NCBI GenBank assembly: GCA_902624425.1
Contig: CACNXK010000001.1
Coordinates: 128,432-192,431, forward strand
Source: an uncultured SAR86 cluster bacterium
GTDB lineage: Bacteria; Pseudomonadota; Gammaproteobacteria; Magnimaribacterales; D2472
Direction of reading: 5' to 3'
DNA: 64,000 nucleotides
Part shown: one piece after another, positions 38,115-48,012 of the stretch
Position numbering within the stretch: position 1 is the stretch's first letter
How the letters are laid out: the number at the start of each line of letters is the position of its first letter
Translations under genes and position numbers: made by a program
The notes under the pieces: generated by a model
What the model saw: only the letters and a program-made list of their open reading frames with translations
Told to the model about the DNA's origin: nothing
Databases searched by the model: none

Positions 38115-39088
38115 TAACTATTTTCTATGTCCAAGTCTTCGGCAAAACATCTTTGGAAATACTCAGCAACAATTGGCTTTTCTATATCATCACATTTGTT
38201 AAGAAAAGACAGCTTAAAGGACTCATCAATGTTTTTAAATATTAAAAAATTCTCAGCCCAAGTTAAAAGAGTTCTTGGGGACATGAGGTTTGATATATCT
38301 CCATTAATAAAGCCCTGTCTAGTTAAATTGCAAAGTTTAATCATATTCGAAAGTATTGATTTCCTTTTTGCTGAATTAAAACCTTTGAGCTTTCCAAGAA
38401 CTAATTTTGTCTCGTGCTCGGGAGTTAAATAGTTCAAGGTAGATAAGATATGCCATCTATCCATTTGACCTTGATTAATTTGTTGGGTTCCGTGATAGAG
38501 ACCAGTCGAATCTCCCATGCCTATTGTATTAGTTGTCGCAAAAAGTCTAAAGTTTGAATGTGGTCTAAGTACTCTATTTTGATCCAATAAAGTAAGCTTA
38601 CCTTCAACTTCTAAAATTCTTTGAATAACAAACATTACATCTGGTCTTCCAGCATCATATTCATCAAATACAAGTGCAACTGGATTTTGAATTGACCAGG
38701 GAAGAATTCCCTCAACAAACTTAGTGATCTGTTTTCCATCTTCAAGTTTGATAGCGTCTTTGCCAAGTAAATCCAATCTACTAACATGACTATCTAGATT
38801 TATTCTGACACATGGCCAGTTTAATCTTGCCGCAACCTGCTCAATGTGCGTTGATTTACCAGTGCCATGATATCCTTGGATGATAACTCTTCTATTGTGC
38901 TCAAAACCTGCCAATATCGAGAGGGTAGTTTTTTCATCAAAAATGTACGAATTATCTAACTCGGGGACCCATTCAGTTTTTTCACTAAAACCTTTAACAC
39001 TTATATTAGAATTTATTTTAAAGGTAGACCTGACATCAACCTTTTGATCTGGCTTCTTTGGTAGATTAATTTTTTCTTCAGTGTTCAT
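38114..39088 (-). CDS. cobS: CobS-type MoxR-like AAA+ ATPase (cobaltochelatase subunit S family)
   Basis: 324 aa with Walker A GYHGTGKST, the characteristic IEQVAARLNWPCVRINLD segment, and Walker B LVFDEYD. Confidence 0.85.
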   Translation of the reverse strand: MNTEEKINLPKKPDQKVDVRSTFKINSNISVKGFSEKTEWVPELDNSYIFDEKTTLSILAGFEHNRRVIIQGYHGTGKSTHIEQVAARLNWPCVRINLDSHVSRLDLLGKDAIKLEDGKQITKFVEGILPWSIQNPVALVFDEYDAGRPDVMFVIQRILEVEGKLTLLDQNRVLRPHSNFRLFATTNTIGMGDSTGLYHGTQQINQGQMDRWHILSTLNYLTPEHETKLVLGKLKGFNSAKRKSILSNMIKLCNLTRQGFINGDISNLMSPRTLLTWAENFLIFKNIDESFKLSFLNKCDDIEKPIVAEYFQRCFAEDLDIENS

Positions 39089-39172
39089 CTTATAAGCAAT
39101 TTTTGAGTCCTGTATACTACATCCTGAGGAGTTAAACTTCCACTAATTATAAAATGTTTTTGGGTTTATAAA

Positions 39173-39928
39173 ATGAGCAATAGAGTAAATAATAAAGTTG
39201 GTCTAATAACAGGAGCTGCTCAAGGCTTAGGAAAAGAAATGGCCAGGCTATTAATTGAGGAAGGCGCTAAAATAGTCATGACAGACATTAATGCAGATCT
39301 TTTGAAGAAAAGTGCAGAAGAGCTTAATGCTCCACATTATGTTTTAGATGTTACAAAGCCAGAAGATTGGCAAAGTGTCATTAAACAAATTGAATCAGAT
39401 TTCTCCAAGCTTAATATTCTTATTAACAACGCTGGTATAGGTGGAGGAGGAGACGTTGAATCTTGTGATTTAGAGACTTGGGATCAGGTTCACAAAGTTG
39501 ATTTAGATTCAGTTTTTTATGGTTGCAAGTACTCTCTACCTCTTATGAGAAAATCGGGCAATGGATCAATCATCAATATCTCTTCAATTTCTGGAATTGT
39601 GGCAGGGCATAATTTTTCTGCATACAATTCTGCAAAAGCAGGTGTGAGACACTTATCAAAATCGGTTGCTCTTCATTGTGCAAGAACAACAGATCTTGTT
39701 AGGTGTAATTCAATTCATCCTGTTTTCACAAGAACTGAAATTCTGAAGGGACTTTTTGAAATGAATCCAGATGCTGATATCGAAGGAAAGCTTATAAAGC
39801 AGATACCTATAAGAAGATTGGGAGAACCCGTGGATATTGCTTATGCAGCTTTATTTTTGGCATCAGATGAATCCTCGATGATTACAGGTACGGAGCTTGT
39901 AATAGATGGAGGTTTAAGTGCCCAATAA
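39173..39928 (+). CDS. SDR-family oxidoreductase (3-oxoacyl-ACP reductase/hydroxysteroid dehydrogenase-like)
   Basis: TGAAQGLGK, NNAG and the catalytic YNSAKAG motif. Confidence 0.85.
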   Translation: MSNRVNNKVGLITGAAQGLGKEMARLLIEEGAKIVMTDINADLLKKSAEELNAPHYVLDVTKPEDWQSVIKQIESDFSKLNILINNAGIGGGGDVESCDLETWDQVHKVDLDSVFYGCKYSLPLMRKSGNGSIINISSISGIVAGHNFSAYNSAKAGVRHLSKSVALHCARTTDLVRCNSIHPVFTRTEILKGLFEMNPDADIEGKLIKQIPIRRLGEPVDIAYAALFLASDESSMITGTELVIDGGLSAQ

Positions 39929-40805
39929 AAAAGCAATTAAAAATACTTTAGAGCTTTTTAATTTAGACAGAATTGACAGAGATGTCTTCCAATGGAAAGG
40001 TCAAAACTTTGGTTGGCAAAGAATCTATGGTGGTCAAGTTATGGCGCAGTGTTTAATAGCTGCTAATCATACTGTAAATGAACCCCATCATGCTCACTCA
40101 TTCCACTCCTACTTTTTAAGACCAGGAATAATGGAGGAATCAATATTGTTTGATGTTGATAGGATTAGAAACGGAAAAAGCTTTACTACCAGAAGAGTAA
40201 GAGCTATCCAAAATGGGGAAGCAATATTTGCATGCTCAATTTCTTTTCAAAAAGAAGAAAAAGGATTTGAGCACCAAATTGATATAGATCTTAATGAAAT
40301 ACCAAAACCTGAGGATCTTCCCAGTGACTGGGAGTTAAGGAACAAAGCCATTGAACAATTACATGGCAAAAAAAATGATAAGTTCTTTTTAAGAGAGCAA
40401 GAAATTGAAATGCGAGCTACACAAAATTTTGACTATGTTGAACCAAAAAAAAGCGATCCTATAAGAGATATTTGGATGAGACCAAATGGAGAAATACCAA
40501 CGGACTTAGTCATAAATCAAGCTCTACTATTATATGCATCTGATCGTGGATTGCTTGGTACAGCTCAACTGCCTCATGGTATTAACTTTATGTCTAAATA
40601 TTTCCAAAGCGCTAGCCTAGATCATGCAATGTGGTTTCATTCAAAGGTAGATTTCTCGGATTGGATGCTTTATCGAATTGATAGTCCTATAGCAAGAAAT
40701 GCAAGAGGGTTTTCAAGAGGTTCAATTTTCAATTCAGATGGAAAACTTATTGCAAGTTGTGTTCAAGAGGGCTTAATGAGAATGTGGGATAAGCCAAAAA
40801 GCTAA
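39918..40805 (+). CDS. tesB: acyl-CoA thioesterase II
   Basis: 295 aa double hot-dog protein. The N-terminus LELFNLDRIDRDVFQWKG parallels E. coli TesB. GTG start overlaps the SDR stop. Confidence 0.85.
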   Translation: MPNKKAIKNTLELFNLDRIDRDVFQWKGQNFGWQRIYGGQVMAQCLIAANHTVNEPHHAHSFHSYFLRPGIMEESILFDVDRIRNGKSFTTRRVRAIQNGEAIFACSISFQKEEKGFEHQIDIDLNEIPKPEDLPSDWELRNKAIEQLHGKKNDKFFLREQEIEMRATQNFDYVEPKKSDPIRDIWMRPNGEIPTDLVINQALLLYASDRGLLGTAQLPHGINFMSKYFQSASLDHAMWFHSKVDFSDWMLYRIDSPIARNARGFSRGSIFNSDGKLIASCVQEGLMRMWDKPKS

Positions 40806-40807
40806 CT

Positions 40808-41848
40808 TTAGTTCTCCCTTACGGCATCAACTAATACTTTAACTTTATCAGGATCTATGTCTGGAGTTATTCCATGTCCAAGATTAAAAATGAAACCAGG
40901 ATAGTCAGCGAAATCAGATATTATTTTTGAAACACTTTCTTTGATAACTTTGTTATCCTCAAGAAGAATTTTTGGATCTAAGTTTCCTTGAAGCGACTGT
41001 GATCCCTCAAAAATATTCATAGCATGCGTTCTATTTACTGAAGTAAACATTCCATAACAGCTAAGATCATCCAACTTAAACTCAGCAAGATCACACTTTG
41101 GATCTCTAGCAAAAACTATAGTTGGAGTTTGAGACGTTATCGTATCTGCTGATAATTTTTTTAAAAGCTTTTTAATATAATCTAAAGAATATTCTAAATA
41201 TTGAGATTCAGATAGAAGATTAGCCCAAGAATCGAATATCTGAATTACATCAACCCCACTAATAATTTGTCTTTTTAGGTACTCAAAACATGCATCAGTT
41301 AGGATTTCAAGAAACTTATGAGCATCATCTGGATGATTTTCGATAAAGGATTTTGTTAAATCAAAGTTTTTAGAGCTGCTCCCTTCAATTGAATAAGCAG
41401 CAAGCGTCCAAGGGCTTCCAGCAAACCCTATCAGAGGAATATTTTTATCTAACTCTCTTCTAGTAAGCTCAGCGGTCTTATATACGTAATCTAGGTTATC
41501 AGCATTAAAAGTCCTCATATCTATAATATCCTCAGGCTTCTGAATTGGATTTGAAAAAATAGGCCCTTTTCCTTCCACAAAAGAAACTCCTAAACCCAGG
41601 GCATCGGGAATAGTTAAAATATCTGAAAAGATAATTGCAGCATCAAAATCATATCTTTCGATAGGCTGCATAACTAACTCACAACAAACTTCTGGAGTCT
41701 TACACATATCAAGAAAATTTTTAAAATTTGATCTTACCTTCCTATACTCAGGAAGATATCTTCCAGCCTGACGCATTATCCAAAGAGGTGGTATCTTCTG
41801 AGATTTGCGATTAAGCGCAGCTATGAAATTACGGTTCAACTCACTCAT
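40808..41848 (-). CDS. hemE: uroporphyrinogen decarboxylase
   Basis: PPLWIMRQAGRYLPEYR motif; 346 aa. Confidence 0.95.
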   Translation of the reverse strand: MSELNRNFIAALNRKSQKIPPLWIMRQAGRYLPEYRKVRSNFKNFLDMCKTPEVCCELVMQPIERYDFDAAIIFSDILTIPDALGLGVSFVEGKGPIFSNPIQKPEDIIDMRTFNADNLDYVYKTAELTRRELDKNIPLIGFAGSPWTLAAYSIEGSSSKNFDLTKSFIENHPDDAHKFLEILTDACFEYLKRQIISGVDVIQIFDSWANLLSESQYLEYSLDYIKKLLKKLSADTITSQTPTIVFARDPKCDLAEFKLDDLSCYGMFTSVNRTHAMNIFEGSQSLQGNLDPKILLEDNKVIKESVSKIISDFADYPGFIFNLGHGITPDIDPDKVKVLVDAVREN

Positions 41849-41933
41849 GAGCGCATTTTATAATACTTTTGGGGTTTATCACTAGGGCATTGATAGTCAA
41901 TAATTTTCATTGAGCCTTAAAAACTTTTAAAGG

Positions 41934-42995
41934 TTAGGAAAAAGATCTCTTAAAGTTTTCCATATCAAATTTCTGTGTTTGAAATGACTCTCCAATATTC
42001 TTTAATAAAATTAAATTAATATTACCGTTTTTAACTTTTTTATCAGTCATGATAAATTTTTTTAAGTCTGAGTAACTATTTGATGTATTTTTTGAAAATT
42101 TTAAAGCATCAAATAAATCAGTTATTTTTTCATAATCATCTTTGTTTATGTGACCCTCAAGCATTGACATTTTTGAAGCCATTCTCATACCCATAGCTAC
42201 CGCTTCTCCATGTAAAATGTTTTTATAATTACTCTGTGCCTCTAAAGCATGCCCATAGGTATGTCCAAAATTTAGAACAGCTCTTATACCTAATTCTTTC
42301 TCATCTTCGGTGACAATTTTTGCTTTTGTTTTTACTGACTCATATATGAGATCTTCAATAATCTTCGGTTTTTTTTGAAGAATTAATTTGCAATTTTTTT
42401 GAAAAATCTTGAAGATTTTCTTGTTATAAATTAATCCATACTTAATTACTTCTGCTATTCCTGCTTTAAACTCTCTATCTGGCAATGTCTTCAGAAAAGA
42501 TGAGGATATTAAAACTAACTTAGGATTTTTAAACGCTCCCACAAGATTCTTACCTGACTCAATATTGATGGCAGTTTTACCTCCTACAGAAGAATCAACT
42601 TGCGCAAGAAGGGTAGTAGGTACTTGAATATAATCTATTCCTCTCATATAGCTTGCTGCAACAAAACCACTTAAGTCACCGACAACTCCGCCGCCAATAG
42701 CGATTATGCAATCTGATCGATCGTATTTCTTCTTAGCAAGTTTATTGAGAATATTTTGAAAGTTAGAAAATGATTTTGATTCTTCTCCAGCTTTAATTTT
42801 ATGAATATTTACTACTTTTGAAGATGTAATAGGCCTCTTGATTAATTCAATATATTTGGTAGGTATATTTTTATCCGAAATGATAAATATTTTTTTGTTG
42901 TTTTTTATCGAATCTGGAAGATAGTTTTTAAAGATATCATTCTTACCAATTAGAACCTTATATTTTTCATCTCCAACTAAAACTTTTTTTATCAT
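41934..42995 (-). CDS. aroB: 3-dehydroquinate synthase
   Basis: GGGVVGDLSGFVAASYMRGI, VDSSVGGKT and the HTYGHALE motif. Confidence 0.95.
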   Translation of the reverse strand: MIKKVLVGDEKYKVLIGKNDIFKNYLPDSIKNNKKIFIISDKNIPTKYIELIKRPITSSKVVNIHKIKAGEESKSFSNFQNILNKLAKKKYDRSDCIIAIGGGVVGDLSGFVAASYMRGIDYIQVPTTLLAQVDSSVGGKTAINIESGKNLVGAFKNPKLVLISSSFLKTLPDREFKAGIAEVIKYGLIYNKKIFKIFQKNCKLILQKKPKIIEDLIYESVKTKAKIVTEDEKELGIRAVLNFGHTYGHALEAQSNYKNILHGEAVAMGMRMASKMSMLEGHINKDDYEKITDLFDALKFSKNTSNSYSDLKKFIMTDKKVKNGNINLILLKNIGESFQTQKFDMENFKRSFS

Positions 42996-43501
42996 TATTT
43001 ACTTTTAATTATATTAATTATTTGATCAGCAACTTCTTGACTTGATTTATCACTAGTTTGAATTACATGATCAGACACTTCTTTATAGAGGTGCTCTCTA
43101 TCAGAATGTAGTTTTGTAAGTATTTTTTTTGGGTCTCCATTTTTCAAGAGAGGCCTATCTTTATCTTTGCTTGTTCTCTCAACTTGAGTTTCTATAGGAG
43201 TTTCAAGGTAGATGACAATTCCTCTTGCACTCAGAAGATTCCGATTGTGATCGGAGAGAATAATTCCACCGCCTGTAGCAACAACATGAGAATTAAGTTG
43301 AACTATTTTTTCTAGTTCATTTGTTTCTCTTTTTCTGAAGCCTTCTTCTCCCTCAAGATCAAAGATCCAGTCTATGTTTGCTCCTGTAGATTTTTCTATT
43401 TCCTCATCAGAATCTAAAAACTCTAAAAAAAGTGAACGAGCTACAATCTTTCCAACCGTGGATTTCCCTGATCCCATAGGCCCAACAATATAAATATTCA
43501 T
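42995..43501 (-). CDS. aroK: shikimate kinase
   Basis: Walker A GPMGSGKST; 168 aa. The stop overlaps the aroB start. Confidence 0.93.
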   Translation of the reverse strand: MNIYIVGPMGSGKSTVGKIVARSLFLEFLDSDEEIEKSTGANIDWIFDLEGEEGFRKRETNELEKIVQLNSHVVATGGGIILSDHNRNLLSARGIVIYLETPIETQVERTSKDKDRPLLKNGDPKKILTKLHSDREHLYKEVSDHVIQTSDKSSQEVADQIINIIKSK

Positions 43502-43559
43502 AAAAGATTTTTCATTAAGCTGCGAATTTTAGCACCTAAACATATAAAATATTAAAATT

Positions 43560-46001
43560 ATGATTAGTAGACTTATTGAGCTTTTTCTTAAAGTTGCAAT
43601 TTTTGTAGCAACTATGATCGGCATCATCATTTTGTCTACATATTTATATTTACTGCCTGAGCTCCCACGAGTTGATAATGTTGATCAATCAAAACTTCAA
43701 ATACCTCTAAAAATTTATACCTCTGATGAAAAGCTAATCGGTGAGTTTGGGGAAAAGAAAAGAAGACCATTAGATTTTCAAGAAATACCAGAAGATTTAA
43801 AAAATGCCTTCCTTGCAGCTGAGGACGACGGTTTTTTTGAGCATAGAGGCGTTTCATATCCAAGCTTAATAAGAGCTTTTTCTCAATATATAAGGGTTGG
43901 GCTTGACGCCACTGGTGGAGGAACAATTACCATGCAAGTTGTTAGAAATTACCTTCTAACAAGAGAAAAAAAAGTTAGAAGAAAGATAAAAGAAATCTTT
44001 TTGGCATTTCATCTCGAAAGCTCATTTTCTAAACAGGAAATATTTGAAATATATGTAAACACAATTTTTCTAGGGAATAGGTCTTATGGCATAGAGGCAG
44101 CTGCAAATACCTACTTTGGAAAATCAGTTGGGGAATTATCAATAGCTGAGTCCGCACTAATTGCATCTCTTGCTCAACTTCCATCACGAGTAAATCCTAT
44201 AAGAAATCCTGAAAGGACAAAGGCAAGAAGAAATTGGGTTTTATATAGAATGAAAATCTTAAACTTTATTACTGAACAAGATTATGTGACTGCAATCAAT
44301 AGCGAGATTAATCTTCCAATATCTATAAATAATTATGATCTTGAAGCTAGTCATCTTGCCGAATTAGCAAGATTCGAGGTTATTAATAGATACGGTATTA
44401 GAGCTTATGAAGAGGGATGGTCGGTTTATACAACAATTGATTCCGAGCTTCAGAAAAGAGCAAATGAAGCAATCACAAAAAGGTTATTTGAATATGATAA
44501 GAGACATGGTTGGCGAGATAAGAAGAACTATGCAGACCAATTAGGAAATGAATTTTTTAACACTATAGAAAAAGAGGATTTTGATTTTCTGATTTCTCAG
44601 GATTATGTTATCCAGTCGGATCCAATAGATTATGAAAATTTATCAGAAAAAGTACTTCGAAACATATTTGAAGAAAATTCATATGTCTTGTCTCACCAAC
44701 GAGCAATTGTTATCGAAGTTTGGGACTCAGGATTTAGGGCGATTGATGAGGAATTTAATTTTGAGAAAATTGATTGGGATGATAGCTATATTTGGGCAAG
44801 AGAGTTTATTGATGAAAATAGAAGAGGTGCAGTACCTAAAGGATTTACAGATTTATTGCAGCCGGGCGATCTCATTTATCTTACAAAAGAAAATGATCAA
44901 ACTAGGTTAGATCAAATACCCTTAGCCCAATCATCACTTATTTCTTTTAATCCCAAGAGTGGTGAGGTTCAATCTTATGTAGGTGGCTCTGTCTTCAACG
45001 ATTCACAATTTGATCGAGTAAGACAATCATATCCGCAATCAGGTTCTGTCTTTAAGCCGTTTATCTATGCTTCAGCCTTAAGCGGAGGCTACAATCCATC
45101 ATCCTTAATAAATGATGCTCCAATCATTTTTGAGGATGAAAACCTTGAGACCTTTTGGAGACCCGAAAACTATTCTGGAAAGTTTTATGGCTTAACCACG
45201 CTTAGAGAGGCTCTTGTTCAATCTATTAATATTGTTTCAATAAAACTTTTAAGAGAAATTGGTGTAAAAAAATCATCTGAGATTATTGATAATTTTGGTT
45301 TTAATTTTGATCGATTACCTCAAGACCTAAGTTTAGCTCTGGGATCAGGAAACTTTTCTCCAGCTGAGGTTGCTAGAGGGTTCAGTGTATTTGCAAATGA
45401 TGGAGTAATTTCTGATATTCACTACGTAAGGCAGATCAGAGACAAGAATGACAATATTATTTTTGATCACTCTGAAAGCAATGATGTAAATATATCAAGC
45501 ATTTCAGCTTTCCCATGGCTTAATACTGTCCAATTAGATGCATCAAAACCTTACTTTCTTTTGCCACCTATTAATAAAGCAGATCCTGTAATTGATCCCA
45601 GAGTTGCATTTATGGTGAAAGATATACTTAAAGAAGCATCACAGAGAGGATCAAATGGGAGGTTAACTAGATTTTTAGATAGAAAAGACTTTGCTGGTAA
45701 AACTGGAACGACAAATGATGCTGTAAGCACATGGTTTAGCGGCTTTAACTCTAATATTGTAACTACGGTATGGGTAGGAAATGATGATTTTGAGTCCCTT
45801 GGAGATAATGAGTTTGGATCAACGACTGCGTTACCAATTTGGGTAGATTATATGGACTTTGCTTTCAAAAAAGTTGATATTGATGAATTTACTCTTCCAG
45901 ATGGTATCTCTTACGTTAGGATAAATAAGAAAACTGGTGAACTAAGCAAGTCAGCAGAAGATGAAAGTTATTTTGAGCTTTTTTTGAGAGAAGACCTGTA
46001 A
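43560..46001 (+). CDS. mrcA: penicillin-binding protein 1A (bifunctional glycosyltransferase/transpeptidase)
   Basis: GT51 motifs EDDGFFEHRG, GGTITMQ and RKIKE. Transpeptidase motifs SVFK, SIN and KTGTT. Confidence 0.93.
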   Translation: MISRLIELFLKVAIFVATMIGIIILSTYLYLLPELPRVDNVDQSKLQIPLKIYTSDEKLIGEFGEKKRRPLDFQEIPEDLKNAFLAAEDDGFFEHRGVSYPSLIRAFSQYIRVGLDATGGGTITMQVVRNYLLTREKKVRRKIKEIFLAFHLESSFSKQEIFEIYVNTIFLGNRSYGIEAAANTYFGKSVGELSIAESALIASLAQLPSRVNPIRNPERTKARRNWVLYRMKILNFITEQDYVTAINSEINLPISINNYDLEASHLAELARFEVINRYGIRAYEEGWSVYTTIDSELQKRANEAITKRLFEYDKRHGWRDKKNYADQLGNEFFNTIEKEDFDFLISQDYVIQSDPIDYENLSEKVLRNIFEENSYVLSHQRAIVIEVWDSGFRAIDEEFNFEKIDWDDSYIWAREFIDENRRGAVPKGFTDLLQPGDLIYLTKENDQTRLDQIPLAQSSLISFNPKSGEVQSYVGGSVFNDSQFDRVRQSYPQSGSVFKPFIYASALSGGYNPSSLINDAPIIFEDENLETFWRPENYSGKFYGLTTLREALVQSINIVSIKLLREIGVKKSSEIIDNFGFNFDRLPQDLSLALGSGNFSPAEVARGFSVFANDGVISDIHYVRQIRDKNDNIIFDHSESNDVNISSISAFPWLNTVQLDASKPYFLLPPINKADPVIDPRVAFMVKDILKEASQRGSNGRLTRFLDRKDFAGKTGTTNDAVSTWFSGFNSNIVTTVWVGNDDFESLGDNEFGSTTALPIWVDYMDFAFKKVDIDEFTLPDGISYVRINKKTGELSKSAEDESYFELFLREDL

Positions 46002-46003
46002 GA

Positions 46004-46573
46004 CTATTTAAAAAGAGAAATCTTTAAAAGTGTCCAAATATTCTCAATGTATGAGCTTGGCTTTTCTTTAAATTTAGATCGAATGTATCTTGAAATAGTC
46101 CCTTCAAGTGAAGTGATAATTAGATGAGAAGAAATTCCTGGTTGTGACACAAGTGAGCTAGAGTCTTTTTGTAATATCTGCTTAAAATTTAATTCTAATC
46201 TTTCATAGAACTGATTAGTTGCATCAACTACATTTTGCTCATTTGCACTTAAAGCCTCTCTAGATAAAAGCCTGGCAAAGCCCTTATTCTTTTCGATAAA
46301 TAAAATACAAAACATAAATAAGTTTTTTGCATTTTGTTCTGCACTATCTTTGCTTTTCTTTACTTCTGCACATTTTGAAATTATTGTCTCATCGCAAAAC
46401 GAAAACAATTCTAAATAAATAGATCTTTTGCTTGGGAAATGTCTGTATAAAGCAGCCTCAGTTATTGATGATTTCTCCGCTAAGAGAGCAGTTGTGACTT
46501 TCGAAAGATTTCTTTCCTCTAGCAAACTTGCCAGAGATTGGAGAATGATTTGTTTCCTATTTTCTTTGGGCAT
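46004..46573 (-). CDS. slmA: nucleoid occlusion factor SlmA (TetR family)
   Basis: QIILQSLASLLE...TTALLAEKSSITEAALYRHFPSK parallels E. coli SlmA (EILQSLALMLE...SEAALYRHFPSK). Confidence 0.8.
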   Translation of the reverse strand: MPKENRKQIILQSLASLLEERNLSKVTTALLAEKSSITEAALYRHFPSKRSIYLELFSFCDETIISKCAEVKKSKDSAEQNAKNLFMFCILFIEKNKGFARLLSREALSANEQNVVDATNQFYERLELNFKQILQKDSSSLVSQPGISSHLIITSLEGTISRYIRSKFKEKPSSYIENIWTLLKISLFK

Positions 46574-46578
46574 CTCTA

Positions 46579-47946
46579 TTATTCTAAATTAATATTCTCA
46601 TTAGGTAAGAATTTTTTTAACTCTGTAAGAAAGTTATCTTGAATTATTTTTAGGGATTCTTCATTATCAGCTTCAAATCTCAAAACAAGCTTTGGTGTTG
46701 TGTTTGATGCTCTCAATAGAGCCCAACCATTTTTAAATGAAGCACGAAGACCATCAGTAAAATCTTTTTCCCCATCAATTGAAGCATTTTTAATAAAATC
46801 CTCTATTATTTGGAATTTCTTTTCTTCGGGAACATCTATATTGAGCTCAGGTGTTGAGAAAGAAACAGGTAGATCATCTAATAACATATCAAGTGACGAC
46901 CCTGTCTCATTAATTATATCTATAAGCCTTATTGCTGAATAATGTCCGTCATCAAATCCATACCAAATGTCATTAAAGAAAATATGACCACTCATTTCAC
47001 CACCTAAAACCGCATTATGCTTTTTAATATTATTTTTTATATGGAAGTGGCCGGTTGGGCTCATAAACGGTATTCCCTTGCTATCTTTAATTATTTTTGG
47101 AAGAAAATCTGAACACTTCACATCGAAAACAATAGTTTTATTATTTTGATTCGATAGGATCTTTTTTGAAAAGATCATCATCATTTGATCTGGATATATC
47201 AATTTTCCTGAGGAGGTTACTGCACCAAGCCTATCTCCATCTCCATCGAAAGCAACTCCAATATCAGCATTAGTATCTTTTACTTTCTGAATCAGGTCGA
47301 CTAAATTTTTTTCTTTGCCAGGATCGGGATGATGGTTTGGAAAATTACCATCAACATCACAAAAGAGTTCTATAACCTCACAACCAACTGCTCTTAATAG
47401 ATCTGGAGCAATAATTCCTGCTGCTCCATTTCCGCAATCAACTACTACCTTGAGTTTTTTGAAGCTGAAACAGTCTGCTACTTCTTCTATATAGCTATCC
47501 TTAATATCTAAAAATACATTACTACCATTCGCACATTCTAATCTAGTATCCATTTGAGAAAATGCCCAAATTTCTGTACCTGAGACAGGCTTATCATCTA
47601 TGACTAGCTTTATACCATTATAATTTTTGGGATTATGGCTACCAGTGAGCATAATTCCTGATTTAGAGGCTATTTTTTTTGCTGCATAATATAAAAGTGG
47701 ACTTGTTACTAGACCTATATTTATTGTATTGATTCCATTTTTATTTAAGGACTCCTGAAGAGAATCTAAAAGCGTTGGACCAGATAATCTTCCATCTCTA
47801 CCAATGACAATCTCATCTACCGATTCCTTATGACACTTAAGCGCAATAGATTTGGCTATTTTTGAAATTGTGTCTTCATTAAGTTCATCAGGAACTATTC
47901 CTCGTATGTCGTATTCTCTAAATATTGATTTGTGAAGTTCTGGCAT
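46579..47946 (-). CDS. algC: phosphomannomutase/phosphoglucomutase
   Basis: Collinear with P. aeruginosa AlgC: IFREYDIRG, TGSHNP, DGNFPNHHPDPG, FDGDGDR, GEMSGH. Confidence 0.9.
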   Translation of the reverse strand: MPELHKSIFREYDIRGIVPDELNEDTISKIAKSIALKCHKESVDEIVIGRDGRLSGPTLLDSLQESLNKNGINTINIGLVTSPLLYYAAKKIASKSGIMLTGSHNPKNYNGIKLVIDDKPVSGTEIWAFSQMDTRLECANGSNVFLDIKDSYIEEVADCFSFKKLKVVVDCGNGAAGIIAPDLLRAVGCEVIELFCDVDGNFPNHHPDPGKEKNLVDLIQKVKDTNADIGVAFDGDGDRLGAVTSSGKLIYPDQMMMIFSKKILSNQNNKTIVFDVKCSDFLPKIIKDSKGIPFMSPTGHFHIKNNIKKHNAVLGGEMSGHIFFNDIWYGFDDGHYSAIRLIDIINETGSSLDMLLDDLPVSFSTPELNIDVPEEKKFQIIEDFIKNASIDGEKDFTDGLRASFKNGWALLRASNTTPKLVLRFEADNEESLKIIQDNFLTELKKFLPNENINLE

Positions 47947-48012
47947 TTACTTTGGATTTGATAGCATGTTTGTCATAATACCTTCGATTTTATTATTTAT
48001 AAATAAAATAAA

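Noticed and set aside
36372-39088. Reading cobS and cobT as evidence that the window encodes cobalamin biosynthesis.
   Set aside because: No cobN, corrin-ring, nucleotide-loop or cobalt transport genes are present in the 64 kb. The pair is treated as an orphan AAA+/vWA module (see findings).
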